Below, piece by piece: positions 24,901 to 36,362 of a stretch of 64,000 nucleotides of DNA. The notes under the pieces were generated by a model that had not been told where the DNA came from, did not search any database, and was given only the letters and a program-made list of their open reading frames with translations. Source of the DNA: Acanthaster planci. Its lineage: Eukaryota. Every line of letters begins with the position of its first letter. Within the stretch, counting starts at the first letter, position 1. The position numbers and the translations under genes are program-made. The stretch is taken from contig NW_019091355.1 of assembly GCF_001949145.1 (NCBI RefSeq), positions 2,958,646 to 3,022,645 on the forward strand, in the 5' to 3' direction.

Positions 24901-27900
24901 CTGCTCATCCAATACCTACAGCAAAAGACTAAAGATGTCCAGGACCATTTATTCCTAGTTCTCTTTTCGAGGTTCATTTAGTTTTAACTTTTTTATTCCC
25001 CCCTCCACGAAACCTTAATAACTTCCGAACATTCATCCCCATTAGACAGCACAAAATAAATACCATTTTCCAACTTTGGACTAGAATGTCAAAGTTCATT
25101 TAGTTGTCAATTTTTCTAATTCTAATTATCTGAAAGCTTGACTGAACATGACTTTTATCTCCAACTGATGACAGCCCAAATCAACCTGATACCTTCAATC
25201 CATTTTCAAACTTTGTACAACAATGTCAGAGTACATTTAGTCGTCAATTCTTTTATTCTAACTCTCTGTAAGCTCGACAGCACATGAATTTCATGCCCAA
25301 GTGATAACACAGACGAACCTGATGCCTTTAATCCAAAGTCGAGAGCCTCATAGCAGGTACTGATCTTTGGCTGGTAGCCATCTTGAATCACCAACTGCCC
25401 GTTCCTGTAATCGTTCAAAGGTGACACGTGGATATGCTCTGGCCCCTGGAATTATGAGAATAAAGTATGACGCTGTTTGAATCAGTGCCAAACTGCATTT
25501 CTCTACAGCTAGTATAATTGTACATGTAATTTAGAAGCACCTTTATTTTTCCCTTTGAAAGCAAATTATTTTATTAATTTTGCCACTCCATCCCCAGGAA
25601 CTAGTGCCTTCTGCCGAGCTCAAATTGCATGAAAGGAACGCGAAGTACTGTTAGTAATCTTAAGTCATCCATCAATGGATGTATATTTTGTCTCACACTT
25701 TGTGGGGCAGCAGATGTCTTGACCCCCCCTCCCGGTTCCTGTTGCCAATTAAGGCTAGTTCGCATGCACTACAAACGCTGACAACTTTGAAAGTGTTATT
25801 TTATGGATTATTCACTTTATATCTTTTGACATGAAAACAGACAAAATGAACAGTGGATGTCAAGGAAGTACATCAATATAAAACTGTCATCAAAAAGAGG
25901 TACTTAACCGGACACCTGTTCAAAGAGGTAAAAAAAAATACAAAATAATAGAGTTAGTAACATAATAAATTTGTAAATGCATGGAATAAAAAATCCAACA
26001 CAGGGTAACAACCCAAAAGATATAAAAAGATGTTCACTACAGGAAAGCAGTCAACTTTAAGACAAGCCTGTGGTGTAGGAACAAGATTGGATACAGACCC
26101 ACACAACCTGACCAAATAAAACAAACGGAGAGTCAAGATATTGAACAAACGACCCTCCAACCCCAACTCTCCGCACTTCAAACATCTGAGCAACTGCAAA
26201 TGTTTTGCAGCATCAAGTTCTCTTGACATTGGCACATATAGTTTCCTTGAAATGCTTATCTGCCTATACCACCTTCAAGTAAAGTTTGTCCCATGAAAGT
26301 TCAACAAACTCTGCAGTCACCAACATACAGACTTGTTGCCAAGTCAAAGTGATTCATTGTTTGTTCTACAAAAAAATACAATCCACACGGTATACACTTG
26401 TGTGGGGGACGTTGGTTGCCTCGTCCCCAACGTGCAGATAAATGACCATCGAGTAAGCCAAAATAATTTGGCCTGTTGTGTTGCTTAGCTTACAATGGAG
26501 CTGTGCAGATGGATTCGGTCTGAAGTTCATGGACAAAACACATCTTTCAAACAACTTGTCATCAAGTCTATGTTGAACTGGGCTGTGGGCAGAAGTAAGG
26601 CACTCATAAGTAGACAAACATCCTCTTGGAGATATCTACCAGTAGCACTTCTAGTCCTTGGTAAATTCCTACGTGCAGCATGCATTAAAGCCAAAACCCA
26701 GTGAGCTTCTTTGAACATACTCAGTATGGCAATGTTTTGGTACACCGGGGCGTGACCACTGACCACTTGCGGTGGTGCATAGTTTGACCACTGACCACTT
26801 GCAGTGTACATGTACATGTACGACCGACCAAAAGTGGGTGTGATTGGATAAAATGTCAAGGTTAAAGTCCAAATTAGGCAAACTCCCGTCCATCTACTGT
26901 ACGCACTCCAGCTTTGTGCTCATGCTTGACATGACTGACGGTGTTTTCTCACGTGACCTTGGTATGTCTGATGGAAAGCTGATGACAAAACGAAACTGAC
27001 AGCACAAGTACGGACGAGCCGTGGCCTTGACAAACTTTGCACTAGCTGCGGAGGTCGCCACTGGTTTTGGAGGAAGCAACTGAAATTGTCTTCACAGAAG
27101 AACTGAATTTGGTGATCCCTTCTTTTGTCAGCCTTCTATGACGAATCCAGTGACCACAGCAATGCCATGACTGGCCATATGCAGTGCCCTCCCCCATTAA
27201 CTGTGGTGACTGCATTACTACAACTACAAATACAGAGTCACTGTTCCGTGAAACTCGCTCTTTACAAAGACAAATACAAGCTAAGTGAGGAATTCTCCGC
27301 ATTCCAGACTTACGCCCAAGAATAACCCCATGAAGGACCAACAAGGTTCGAAAGCTTGGGAACTGCAGCATGTTGGGAAGCGCTGCTTTTCAAGTTTTCC
27401 CACAAGTTACTGCTGGATTTGTCTGCAGTGCTATGCTGTTTCTGCGGTTTGCTGATGGAACAGAGAGAAGGCATCAAATGATCAAACTAATTTCCCTAAG
27501 GCATTGTTTCAATTTACAAATAATGTACATGTATGTACTATTGCAATGTACAGGAATATGTACACCTGTACATATGTATGTATGCAATCCTGCTATTTTT
27601 TCATTAACTATATTTGACAGGAATTTTTAATTCCTTTTCAGAATCCAAACTTTGAGATCAAAAATTCCAGGGGCGTTTTCCTGCCACAGTTTCATTCTAC
27701 TCAGCAAGAGAACCTCAAATTCTCCATCTGTTCAGGAACATTAAATTCCCTTTTACTGTAGTCTGCTGCGTATGGTCTGACTGTGGTGTGACCGGCCTTC
27801 TGATCTCAGGCAACAGCCACACTGCATCGTATGACTGTACATGAATCCCCCCCCCCCCGGTTTCATCCTCACATGTTTATGTATGTATGTTAATGCCACT

Positions 27901-29690
27901 TGGCAGCGCGCCCAATGTGACATCACTCCACGCTGTTGATGACAAAACCAGTCTGGCTTACATGTATGAGTGTTGCATAAATATTGAATGTTCCATTATA
28001 TTAAGCTGTTGGTTCCCCCCACCCCGTTTGTCCACTGTGACAGAGAAAGAAACCATACAGCAACACAATAAGTCGGGGTACAGTATTTCTGGATTGTCTT
28101 TCTGAATAGACTGAGAGGGGGGGTTTGGAACTTTATGACTACAGGAGAATTGAAACCTTTATTCCATTTCTGCTGGGAAAATTATGGAGGATGGGACGGG
28201 GTCCTCGAGGTAGACAGAAGGAGGAAATATCATCCAGTAGATTAACTTTTGACCCTGTGTAAACACCGATATAACAATAATAACATTTATAAAGCGTATT
28301 TTTCCGAAGGTTACAATGTGCTGAAAAAAAAAAAACAACTGCCGGAAAGTAAACCAGGTGCTAAGACAAAATTAGTGGGAGCAGACGACCAAATCCTAGA
28401 GTGGAAACAGATGAGATTTAAGTTTACATTTGAACTGTTGTAGGGAGTTGCAGTTACGAATACTAAGAGGTAATGAGTTCCAGCATCTGGGTCCAGCAAT
28501 AGAAAAAGCCCTGTCTCCTACTTTTTTGAATGCATGTGGTATTTTTAGGTTGTGTTTTGAGCGGAGGTTACTTCGGTTAGGTTTGCTGAGATCATATACC
28601 TGTAATGGCCATGTGATAACAATTCACAATTCAACAATAAAAATTCACCGAAAGGCTTACCCTTGTGTATAAATCACACTATGTTTCACATTTTACGGGT
28701 GCATGCGTCTTTAGAGAGACCAAGGCATCATAATTCACTTTGATCACTTGGTAACACTCTTCCACAGAGTACATTGTAAGTTACAAATAGTACAAGTACC
28801 TGATATTCAGATATTAGAAACATTCATTCCCTAGGACGAGACTGAAACCTTTAGATTGACAGAGTCGTTCAGTGGGTACACGACGGAAGAAATCGCTTTG
28901 GTGCAAAGCGTTAGTTCTTAGAGGAGCTTGGGGTGAGAGGAATGCTTGATGTTTTGAATGGCGTCTTTGTTTTCAGGAGATCCAGAAACGGCGAACACTT
29001 TTGGGGACACTTTTCAGCCAAAGTTTTTCATGCTGTGGTGTACCCACATACCAACTCCCTTATACAACCCAGCACAGACCAGCCAACCGCGGAAAGCTTC
29101 AAACATACATAACAAACCCTGTGTGGTCTCGTAGCGGACTGGTCTTCAACACGAACGAATGCCAACAAACGTCCATACAGTCAGGAACAAGCTCATTGTT
29201 GGCAAATTTACGCACATGCACTGTACATGTAGACCTCAAATGCCGTAATATTGGTACAGCATGGGAAATACCTGCTCGACGCATACATAAAATGCACAAG
29301 ACATGCCGCTTGTAAACATGAAGGTGTCATTTAGTTTCACAGTGACTGACAGTGGGAGAATGATTTCAAAGGGGGAGGTGGGGGACATTTGTGAGACCAT
29401 CAGGCATCAGCCATTAAAGAACCTGCCAAAGGTGGGGGTTCTCCCCTTCCGCTTTCCACTGCCGGCGACAACGTAACTGCCTAAGTTACATGCACATGTA
29501 CGAAGCTCAACAAACCTACTAGTGAACCAATACTTACCGGCAATTCCACAGATTGTCTGTCCAGGGAGAACGCTCTCTTGACCGGCTCTGGCCCGTTACT
29601 CATGGCCATGCTAGCAGCACTCAACGCGGCAGCCGTCACTCCAACCGTCAACAGAGGATGTTCAATACAATACTGGAGGACGCTTTCCAT
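12803..29690 (-). CDS. ACSL: Long-chain-fatty-acid--CoA ligase, ACSL1/5/6 family; 19 coding exons, 2067 nt, 688 aa
   Basis: All exons join in phase. Motifs: N-terminal hydrophobic anchor, [14 protein letters not shown]-loop, gate [59 protein letters not shown]. Paralog 1, 5 or 6 cannot be assigned; it is probably a pro-ortholog. Confidence 0.97.
13445..13516 (-). CDS. ACSL: ACSL coding exon 18
   Basis: [24 protein letters not shown]. Confidence 0.9.
14283..14384 (-). CDS. ACSL: ACSL coding exon 17 (GC donor)
   Basis: [34 protein letters not shown]; donor AAG/gcaagt. Confidence 0.88.
14599..14745 (+). repeat. Dispersed repeat, copy 1 (copy 2 at about 18869-18965)
   Basis: Shared ccagtctgaattcaagtcacaagcta...aactgca.caaaagcatt...gactggtctt; copy 1 has short (gactggtcttgt)n repeats. 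Confidence 0.7.
14917..15060 (-). CDS. ACSL: ACSL coding exon 16
   Basis: [31 protein letters not shown]...FGDSLQ; AAG-type acceptor. Confidence 0.95.
15473..15662. mobile_element. piggyBac-like MITE, copy 1
   Basis: TTAA-CCCCTT...AAGGGG-TTAA; interior similar to 17920-18105; an empty TTAA site is present in the adjacent duplicate. Confidence 0.9.
15860..15976 (-). CDS. ACSL: ACSL coding exon 15
   Basis: [39 protein letters not shown]. Confidence 0.95.
16198..16359 (-). CDS. ACSL: ACSL coding exon 14
   Basis: [12 protein letters not shown]...[30 protein letters not shown]. Confidence 0.95.
16510..16830 (-). mobile_element. CR1-group LINE ORF2 3' fragment
   Basis: LDWLTLEER...[12 protein letters not shown]...[14 protein letters not shown] resembles the CR1-group ORF2 C-terminus (L.W..L..RR...RL...YK, SF.PRTI..WN.LP). 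Confidence 0.75.
16999..17094 (-). CDS. ACSL: ACSL coding exon 13
   Basis: [32 protein letters not shown]. Confidence 0.93.
17252..17394. mobile_element. Small MITE with 29-bp imperfect TIRs
   Basis: gagcctgtttgcttcacacggatccggat ... atccggatccacgtgaaacaaactggccc. Confidence 0.7.
17738..17792 (-). CDS. ACSL: ACSL coding exon 12
   Basis: [19 protein letters not shown]. Confidence 0.92.
17920..18105. mobile_element. piggyBac-like MITE, copy 2
   Basis: TTAA-CCCCTT...AAGGGG-TTAA; shared core tagtgcataccacacatacattctattcatcatgcacctgc; lies about 12 bp from the ACSL exon 11 donor. Confidence 0.9.
18119..18204 (-). CDS. ACSL: ACSL coding exon 11
   Basis: [28 protein letters not shown]. Confidence 0.9.
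18572..18706 (-). CDS. ACSL: ACSL coding exon 10
   Basis: [45 protein letters not shown]. Confidence 0.93.
19050..19800 (+). mobile_element. Degenerate CR1/L2-group LINE 3' fragment
   Basis: Frameshifted [51 protein letters not shown] motifs; the 3' boundary is approximate. Confidence 0.85.
20285..20362 (-). CDS. ACSL: ACSL coding exon 9 (78-nt gate-domain exon)
   Basis: [26 protein letters not shown]. Confidence 0.92.
20746..20819 (-). CDS. ACSL: ACSL coding exon 8
   Basis: [25 protein letters not shown]. Confidence 0.9.
21668..21719 (-). CDS. ACSL: ACSL coding exon 7
   Basis: [17 protein letters not shown] (AMP-binding P-loop). Confidence 0.92.
21850..22023. mobile_element. Tc1/pogo (Tigger-like) MITE
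   Basis: TA-ctatcgaacctcgtt ... aggttcaactg-TA imperfect TIRs resembling CAGTCGAACCT-type ends. Confidence 0.6.
22312..22520 (-). CDS. ACSL: ACSL coding exon 6
   Basis: [13 protein letters not shown]...GTNNRQEPV. Confidence 0.9.
23070..23169 (-). CDS. ACSL: ACSL coding exon 5
   Basis: [33 protein letters not shown]. Confidence 0.92.
23297..23398 (-). CDS. ACSL: ACSL coding exon 4
   Basis: [16 protein letters not shown]...[10 protein letters not shown]. Confidence 0.92.
24077..24144 (-). CDS. ACSL: ACSL coding exon 3
   Basis: [23 protein letters not shown]. Confidence 0.9.
24187..24335. mobile_element. MITE family M1, internally deleted copy
   Basis: aattccagaaattagg...taatttgcattaattcatcactcttggaaattag...cctaatttctggaattaccca, shared with the copies at 39.7, 49.7, 60.2 and 62.1 kb. 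Confidence 0.8.
25319..25445 (-). CDS. ACSL: ACSL coding exon 2
   Basis: [12 protein letters not shown]...[13 protein letters not shown]; phases 0/1. Confidence 0.85.
28268..28600 (-). mobile_element. L2-type LINE 3' end with short (TTA)n-like tail
   Basis: The minus strand reads [55 protein letters not shown]. Confidence 0.85.
29538..29690 (-). CDS. ACSL: ACSL coding exon 1
   Basis: [30 protein letters not shown]...DRQSVELP; acceptor 1 nt upstream of the ATG, gtaagt donor. Confidence 0.85.
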
Positions 29691-31930
29691 CCTGTAAAAA
29701 AAAAAACCCCACAAAAAAACCGCTCCGTGATTTGTTACATATCAGGATGTAAAGTATGTACATGTATGTGCATTACATGATAACAAAACTTCCTGTTCAG
29801 TTTTTGTGGCTTAACCCTAACCGCCAAGCATATCGTTTGGCTCACACTGCACAGTCCTATAAAACACTAAGTAGTAGTCTGAGCCTGAAGGACCTAGCGC
29901 TACAGATCACTACTTCTGGCTAAGTCACTTCCATTGTTACTTCTGAAGACATAGCGAACCCAGTTGGCTCCAATTGCCTGTGTTCAGCAAGTGCTTGGAT
30001 TCCCCAGCAGTTTGTTCAATCCCACTATGAAATGGTATCAACCAGCTTCGCTTTCATTAGTTCTTGAAAAATACAACACCAACCTTCATCAGGCTTCACA
30101 ATTGCAAATACATCATTACTGCATCATAAATGGCCACGCCTCCATTTGGCAAATTGCCAAATCCTTCCCTTGGTAGGCAATTTAAGGGGTTCCACCTGCT
30201 TGAACACTTAGTTTCAAAACAGGCTGATTATGAACGTCGCTATACCGAACACCGCTATACCAAACATCATCCTTGGCTCCCAGTATTTTGTGCACAAAAC
30301 CTACCGATCATGCAGTCGCAAATCAACCGACATTCATCAAAGCATGCATCAGAGATCGATCCTGAGCAGTAGCTTCACAACTTTTAGGATAAACTAAATA
30401 TCAATTTTGTAACTCAAGATTTAATAAAAAACAAAAATAATTAACAGATGCATTTCTAGAAACCTCAAACGTGAATGCAACAGCAAAACATCACGAAAAC
30501 AGCAAATCATAGTATCACAAGAGGGTGCACTTCAGTTAGATAAGAGAGGGCGCCATTCAACATGGCAATGAAACATTCCGCAGTTGATTTCGCTAGACCA
30601 AACAACCGCCCTCTTGACCACCAAAAAGATTCAAAAAGCATACAAACCGCTTGGAATCCTGAGGTTCACAAAGATCCATACCCAACATCACTGTAAAGCA
30701 GTCACGAGAGTTCTGCATATGGACGCTGCATTACACCCTGTGCACAAACCCTATGCAGCTGGGTCCAAAAAATTTGAAGTGATTTCTAAGGAAACCACTT
30801 GTTATTTTCCCTCCTAAAATGAGCTTTTCTGGACATGTTTTTGCTTTTTTTAATGGCTATTAAATAGCTATAACTATATCTATACATGGAACTCTTCCCG
30901 CAGTAACTTTCTGAAGTCAGACAGGAACACATTTCTGATAAAGAAAAAGATAATACCCACCGCCTCACCCAGTCCTCGTGAGCTGCACACGGCTTGCAGA
31001 TCAATGCAAAGGCCTACATGTGCACATTCTTGGTACACCCACCTTTACATGTAACTTGCAGGTAGGTGGGTGCGCTTCACAGAACATTTTGCATATGAAT
31101 TCACAGCATTTACGAATGAATGGTTTTTGAGGAATGGAATGACAGCCCAGACTTACAATGCATAGTCAGAGCAGACACAATGCACTGCATTGACAGGTGG
31201 ACTCCATAAAACTCTTACATAACACTCCCCTCCCGACCCAATGCTTTTTTGGCTATACAAGCTCATTTCAACCGGCGCCACTCTTTGGCTCGGCTCTAGA
31301 GGAAGCCCTTTTGTGAAACTGTGTGGCTGGTAGGGCCCTTCTGTAAAACTGTGTGGCTGGACGCTTTCCAAACCACACAATACATGTAGTTTTGTCTTTC
31401 TTTGCTATTTTTCTCAGTTCTGGCACACACAGGGCACGTACATGTACATGTAGTCTGCCATAAGTGCAAACCTAACCCACACCATCACCGCCAACAGTGC
31501 CACTCTTTTGGGTTGGAACATCCCACACCAAAAACAAGAAGAAAACGAGGCTTTCCATGCAAGCTCTGCTTTTGGAAGCATGCCTTCACCCACTCAATTT
31601 TTTGTCTCCTTAATCTAGCCTGTAATTTTTTCCGTATATTTATTCACATATCTACATATACATTGCTTATTTCCTCTTTGTTTTCCACATCAAGTACATG
31701 TTTATTGTATATTTTTGACCAAAATTTTTGACCATTGTCCATGTGATTGTTCTAAGTAGGATGGTTTTTTTTCTGTTTCAGTTCATTATCTGAGCATTCT
31801 TTGAGCACCTGCTACACGCTAAAACTTAATGTGGTTAATAAAAGTTCAATTTTGCTTCTTCATTTATCTTTTCCTACTCATACATGTCATTATGTCTACT
31901 ACACACTATTGGAACAGTAGTTTTATTTAA

Positions 31931-32304
31931 AGGGCACCTCTAAGGAAACCACATTTTCTCTGATTTGATCTGTTCAAATAAATAGGGAAGCATCCAAACG
32001 AACCCAGTGTCAATTGTCTTCAGAGCTCAACTATAACGAGCTTAAAATCTAGCCATTGTTTGGCATGTACACAAGGGTTTATCCACTACGAACACAGGGC
32101 GAGGGCTCCCTTGTTTTCTGTGTTTTCTCCGAATGAAGCAATCAACTTTCAGAATTTGTATCTTGGCATGAACAGAAAAAAAAACCTTTTAAGCTTGTTA
32201 CAGTTGAGCTCTGAAGACAATTGATGCTGGGCTCAATTTGGATGCTTATATATTCATTTGAACAGATCAAATCAGAGAAAACATGTTTTCCTTAGAGGTG
32301 CACT
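31931..32304. mobile_element. Kolobok-like MITE with about 120-bp TIRs
   Basis: TTAA-AGGGCACCTCTAAGGAAA...ctgatttgatctgttcaaat...tcttcagagctcaact, mirrored at 32190-32304 and ending CTTAGAGGTGCACT-TTAG. Confidence 0.8.
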
Positions 32305-32840
32305 TTAGAGCTGGACATTGATAAATGTTGCCACAGTACAAACTGAAATAACAATAATTGTGACAAAAAAAGATGACATCCTCGTCCGTGTGCATTAGTA
32401 ACAAGTTAATGCATTATCTACATGTATGCATCTTCCTGCCCACAACAATCGGACATCAAATAATTTGACAAGCCTGACCCCTCCCCCCAAAAAATTTCTG
32501 GATCTGCCCCTGCACTTGGTCAGTGTCCTTGGATGCAACCATCTTTCTTCTTAAAAACAAGTGGTTTTTCAGGACCTCTGCCAGCAGTAATGCTGTGTTG
32601 GCACCAATCACCCTGCCTCATAATTTTCGACATCAGTTTTATTTCTAGCCCATCTGGCCAACATACAATTGATTTGGAATTCCTTTCTAGGTGTATTCTA
32701 GAGCCTATTTTTGGCTTCCAATTATAGACCATTCAAAGAGGAAAAAAAGAAATGCTGAGAATGACAAAAACCACTTAGAACAAAGCAAAGAGCTTTCGTT
32801 TTCCTTTGCCTTTCAGTGCTATTTTTCTGTGCAAAATTTT

Positions 32841-32925
32841 TTAGGGCTGTACCGAATATCTGAATATTTGATAGATTGTCAAATATTCGAATATTACTTT
32901 TCGAATTTAAATATTCGAATGCAAA
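32841..32925 (+). mobile_element. Possible hAT-type MITE end fragment
   Basis: tagggctgtaccgaata followed by repeated (ttcgaata) subterminal motifs; no matching right end found. Confidence 0.35.
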
Positions 32926-34959
32926 ATGCATGAAGGAAGGGAAAATTTTATTTTTTTTTTAATGAATAAAATTGCACTATGGAGGCTTGGTTCAAGCAGA
33001 TTCAAATAAAAAGCATCAGGAATCTCACAACGATTTAAGAAGTAAATTATTCATTAAACAATTTGAAAAGAATAGAAATTTTCAACAGGGCAAGAAGTCT
33101 TGTTCATCTCTTAAATCTTGCTAAATTGTGGCTGGAGATACTCCTAGATGTGAGAAGCAATAATGTTGATCATGATGTACAATTGCATTGCCTGGAATAC
33201 TACCTCCCCCCACAAAAAAATAAATAAATAATCCGAGATTGCCCACAGACAGTAAATCAGAAGTTATAACAGTACTTTTTTTTCAAGATTTGTCCAAGGT
33301 TTCCAAACACAACCTGCTACCTACAATGGATCGTTGGCCTGTGTATCATAGCACAGGGGTGTCACCCACTGATATTCCCAGTCTTTCAACAAAATCAGGT
33401 GATATGCAGTGCCTATGCACACATTCTGTTATCTCTTGAACTAGAGTTCATAAAAAAAAAAGATACCTGGGAGTGTGTCGATAGCTTTATCTGGGAGTGT
33501 AGGCTGTACCCTACAAGGCTACACAAGCACAGGGATGGGCTTGAGCCATGCTGAAAAATCACGATGTACCAATTCAGTGTGCAATGCTACATGTACATGT
33601 ATGTACATGTACATATAGATTCAGTGCACGTGCAGCATAATGAGGGAATTGTTTGGTATGAATTTTGCAGTTGAATTTTTCCACGAACTCTGAAAACAGG
33701 TACACTGTAGTAGGGGCAAGTCATCAGGCCTAAATGCCAAGATTACAAAGTTTACCCACACCAAGTTAACTGCAGGGCTACTTATCAGTCAACGCCTTCA
33801 AGTCATCCACCAAGGCTGACTGGACACTATATAAAAGACTGAAGTCAAGACCTTAAAAACATCTAATAGTGTGACAGCTTTCAACATGCACCCTCATTGG
33901 TACTCTCTAAAACCATGATGGTACAGTCGCCAGGTCCCTTATTTTGCCACTTACTGTGAAAACCAACGAGACTTGACAAAAGAGACCTGGTGACTGTCAT
34001 GACTATAGGGTCACCGATGTTACTTGTGTAAGATTTATTGGGAGAGTCATCAATAAAGTGGAAAAAATACACTAAAAATTAAAAAAACACTTCACACTAA
34101 AACTGGTATCAAACGAGAAAAGCAGACCAAAGTCAATTTGAAAGCTTGAAGTTGTGTAGCATATTTCTAATACTTCCTTGATTGATTGATTGATCTGATG
34201 AATTATTTCCTGTTAAGTCCGCAAACAGATCAAGGGGCAAGGAAATAATGTGACTTTCCTCTAGCATGGGACAGAAAGGGTAAATTCCCAATTTACTAGC
34301 AATTCGGTTAAACAAAGTCTCTCCCCAAGTCCCTTTGCAAGTCCTTTCATAAGGTGCTTCGTAAGTAAAATGGTGAAATATGACAAAAAATGGAATGCTT
34401 CTCTCACAGTTATTTGAAAAATGAATACAAGTACACTATATATATGACAAGGATGACTTGTGAGTGACGGACTTGTGATGGACTTGCATACTGGAGAAAA
34501 TTATGGCAATTGGGAGTAATCGCAGAATACCCCACCACTCTAAAAAATGACCCCTGAAATGACTGGTTACATGGGTACAAGGTGAAAATCCCTTGAAAAG
34601 AGTATGACATTTTGACCTGTACCTGCAGACCTGGCTAGGTTGACCATGGGGGGTGCAGGTGGCGGGGTATTCTGAAAACCTCATAAGGTAATACTTCATT
34701 AAAAAAACGACCTGTCACAGAAAAGGTCATGACATGCAACCATAGACCTGGAGTTGATTTTTTCCTCCAGGTCTACCGGCAGATGACAACAGACCTTATC
34801 GCAAATACCGATTGGGAGGCTATCGTTTAGGGCCTAATACTTAGTAATACTAATAGATAAAAAGAATAGTGGGAACGGAAAAGGGTCAAATCTCAAGCAT
34901 GTTCCCTTCGATGGTGCTATTGCTTGGTTTCATGGATGGGCCTATGATCATGCACCTAC

Positions 34960-36362
34960 CTGTCTCGCTTACGCTAAACGTTCAGCTGCAACGAAGTGAA
35001 GCGAACTGTAAACCTGTCCTGACCCAGGCCTACAAAAACCGTGAGGTAGATAGAGAAACCGCGGCACGGCAAACAATGTGGCGCAGATTAAGCTCAGGTC
35101 CACTGAATACTTTTGAATCGGATTTTGACTATTTGCGCCTGCAGTGTACGACAGGCAATCTCTCTCTGCCGACATTTCACGCACGTTATGTTTGTTGACA
35201 TCGCCCTATCGTATCCCATGCGCGAATTAAGGATCGTACGATCACCGGTAATTACAAATAGCGCCCTCTCTTTTTCCACTCTTCTTTCAGGCACTTGCTT
35301 GGCACTTTTGAATACATGCAATCATGGAGAAAGGAAAACAGAATTTGTTGTCGCAAAACCCATCAAGTCATCTGATTATTGAATATATAACACATTCTTG
35401 CTATATCATGCTGCATTTCACTCAAATTATGTGTGGAGATTAAATTCCTTAACTGGCTGTTTAATTCCGTTTTTTCGTTTCCTTTTCATTTGTATTTATT
35501 TTCTGTTTAATTTATACAGGGTCGTCTTATCAGTTAAGCAAGTGCTTTGCCGTGTTGGGTAACACGGGTATTAATTGTCGTTAACACAACAAATACTAAA
35601 ACACTAAAATTATTAAAAACATTTCAACATGTTAAATAATAAAATATGCAAAATAAGATCAAACGTAAAATCCTATAATTACTTTATCTGGTCAATATAC
35701 AATTTGCCACTAAATTAGCTCTCATGAAAACAGTGAATGCCCATACCCCAATTTTACAAAATTGGAATAAAGTTTCTCAAGTGTCAAAAGCTCACTGTCT
35801 TTATTTTCTTATAGCGACTTTAGAAGATATTTCCGCTGTCCGAAGAGGATCTCCCCCAAATACTGTTCGAAAACAGAGAAATTTGGAGGGCCCCGAAGTT
35901 GTCAGTACGTTTTTTTTTCAGAACAAGCTGTGATACCTTCCGCAAGTTCCGTCCCGCGGCCGTCTCTTACCACCTAAATCCGCGTTTGAGTGCGCAGGTG
36001 ATTTGCGGCCATATAGAGCCACAAATTCCTCTCTCGCTCTGCGGCCTATCAGAAACTATGGGACAGAGAGACCCCCCCCCCGCCTTTGTGTTGGTCATTG
36101 TTATACTGGTACAGTATATCAGGAATTCTTTTCAGACATGGGGAGATGTGTTAAGTAACAATAGGCTGGAGTGTGTATGTGTATAGGGATTGGACGTGTT
36201 GGGGGGTACCCCTCTGTCCTATTTCGTGCCTGGTATATAAATGGTTAACCGTTACTCTGGAATGGCGCCCTCTTTATGTTTAATTTTCCTCGAATCTGCA
36301 TGGTGCCCAGACTCAAGTACTAGTATAAAATGAATAGATTCGGCTAAGATCCAGACTTTCAG
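34960..36362. promoter_or_regulatory. Putative divergent promoter region with non-coding first exons on both strands
   Basis: CpG-richer islands at about 34950-35270 and 35930-36060; minus-strand donors (gtaagc at 34972, gtaggt at 34959); plus-strand TATATAAA at about 36234 and CAG/gtaaga donor at 36362/3, then branch-like cactaat and ttttcag acceptor at 36578. Confidence 0.55.

Noticed and set aside
25960..26720. Possible coding or transposon remnant in ACSL intron 1
   Set aside because: Only short ORFs without recognisable motifs; it cannot be classified by eye.
27136..27209. Resemblance of GHCIW / YGQ to the NPC1 N-terminus (CxWYGxC)
   Set aside because: It needs a frameshift, and the downstream cysteine pattern does not follow; too weak to call.
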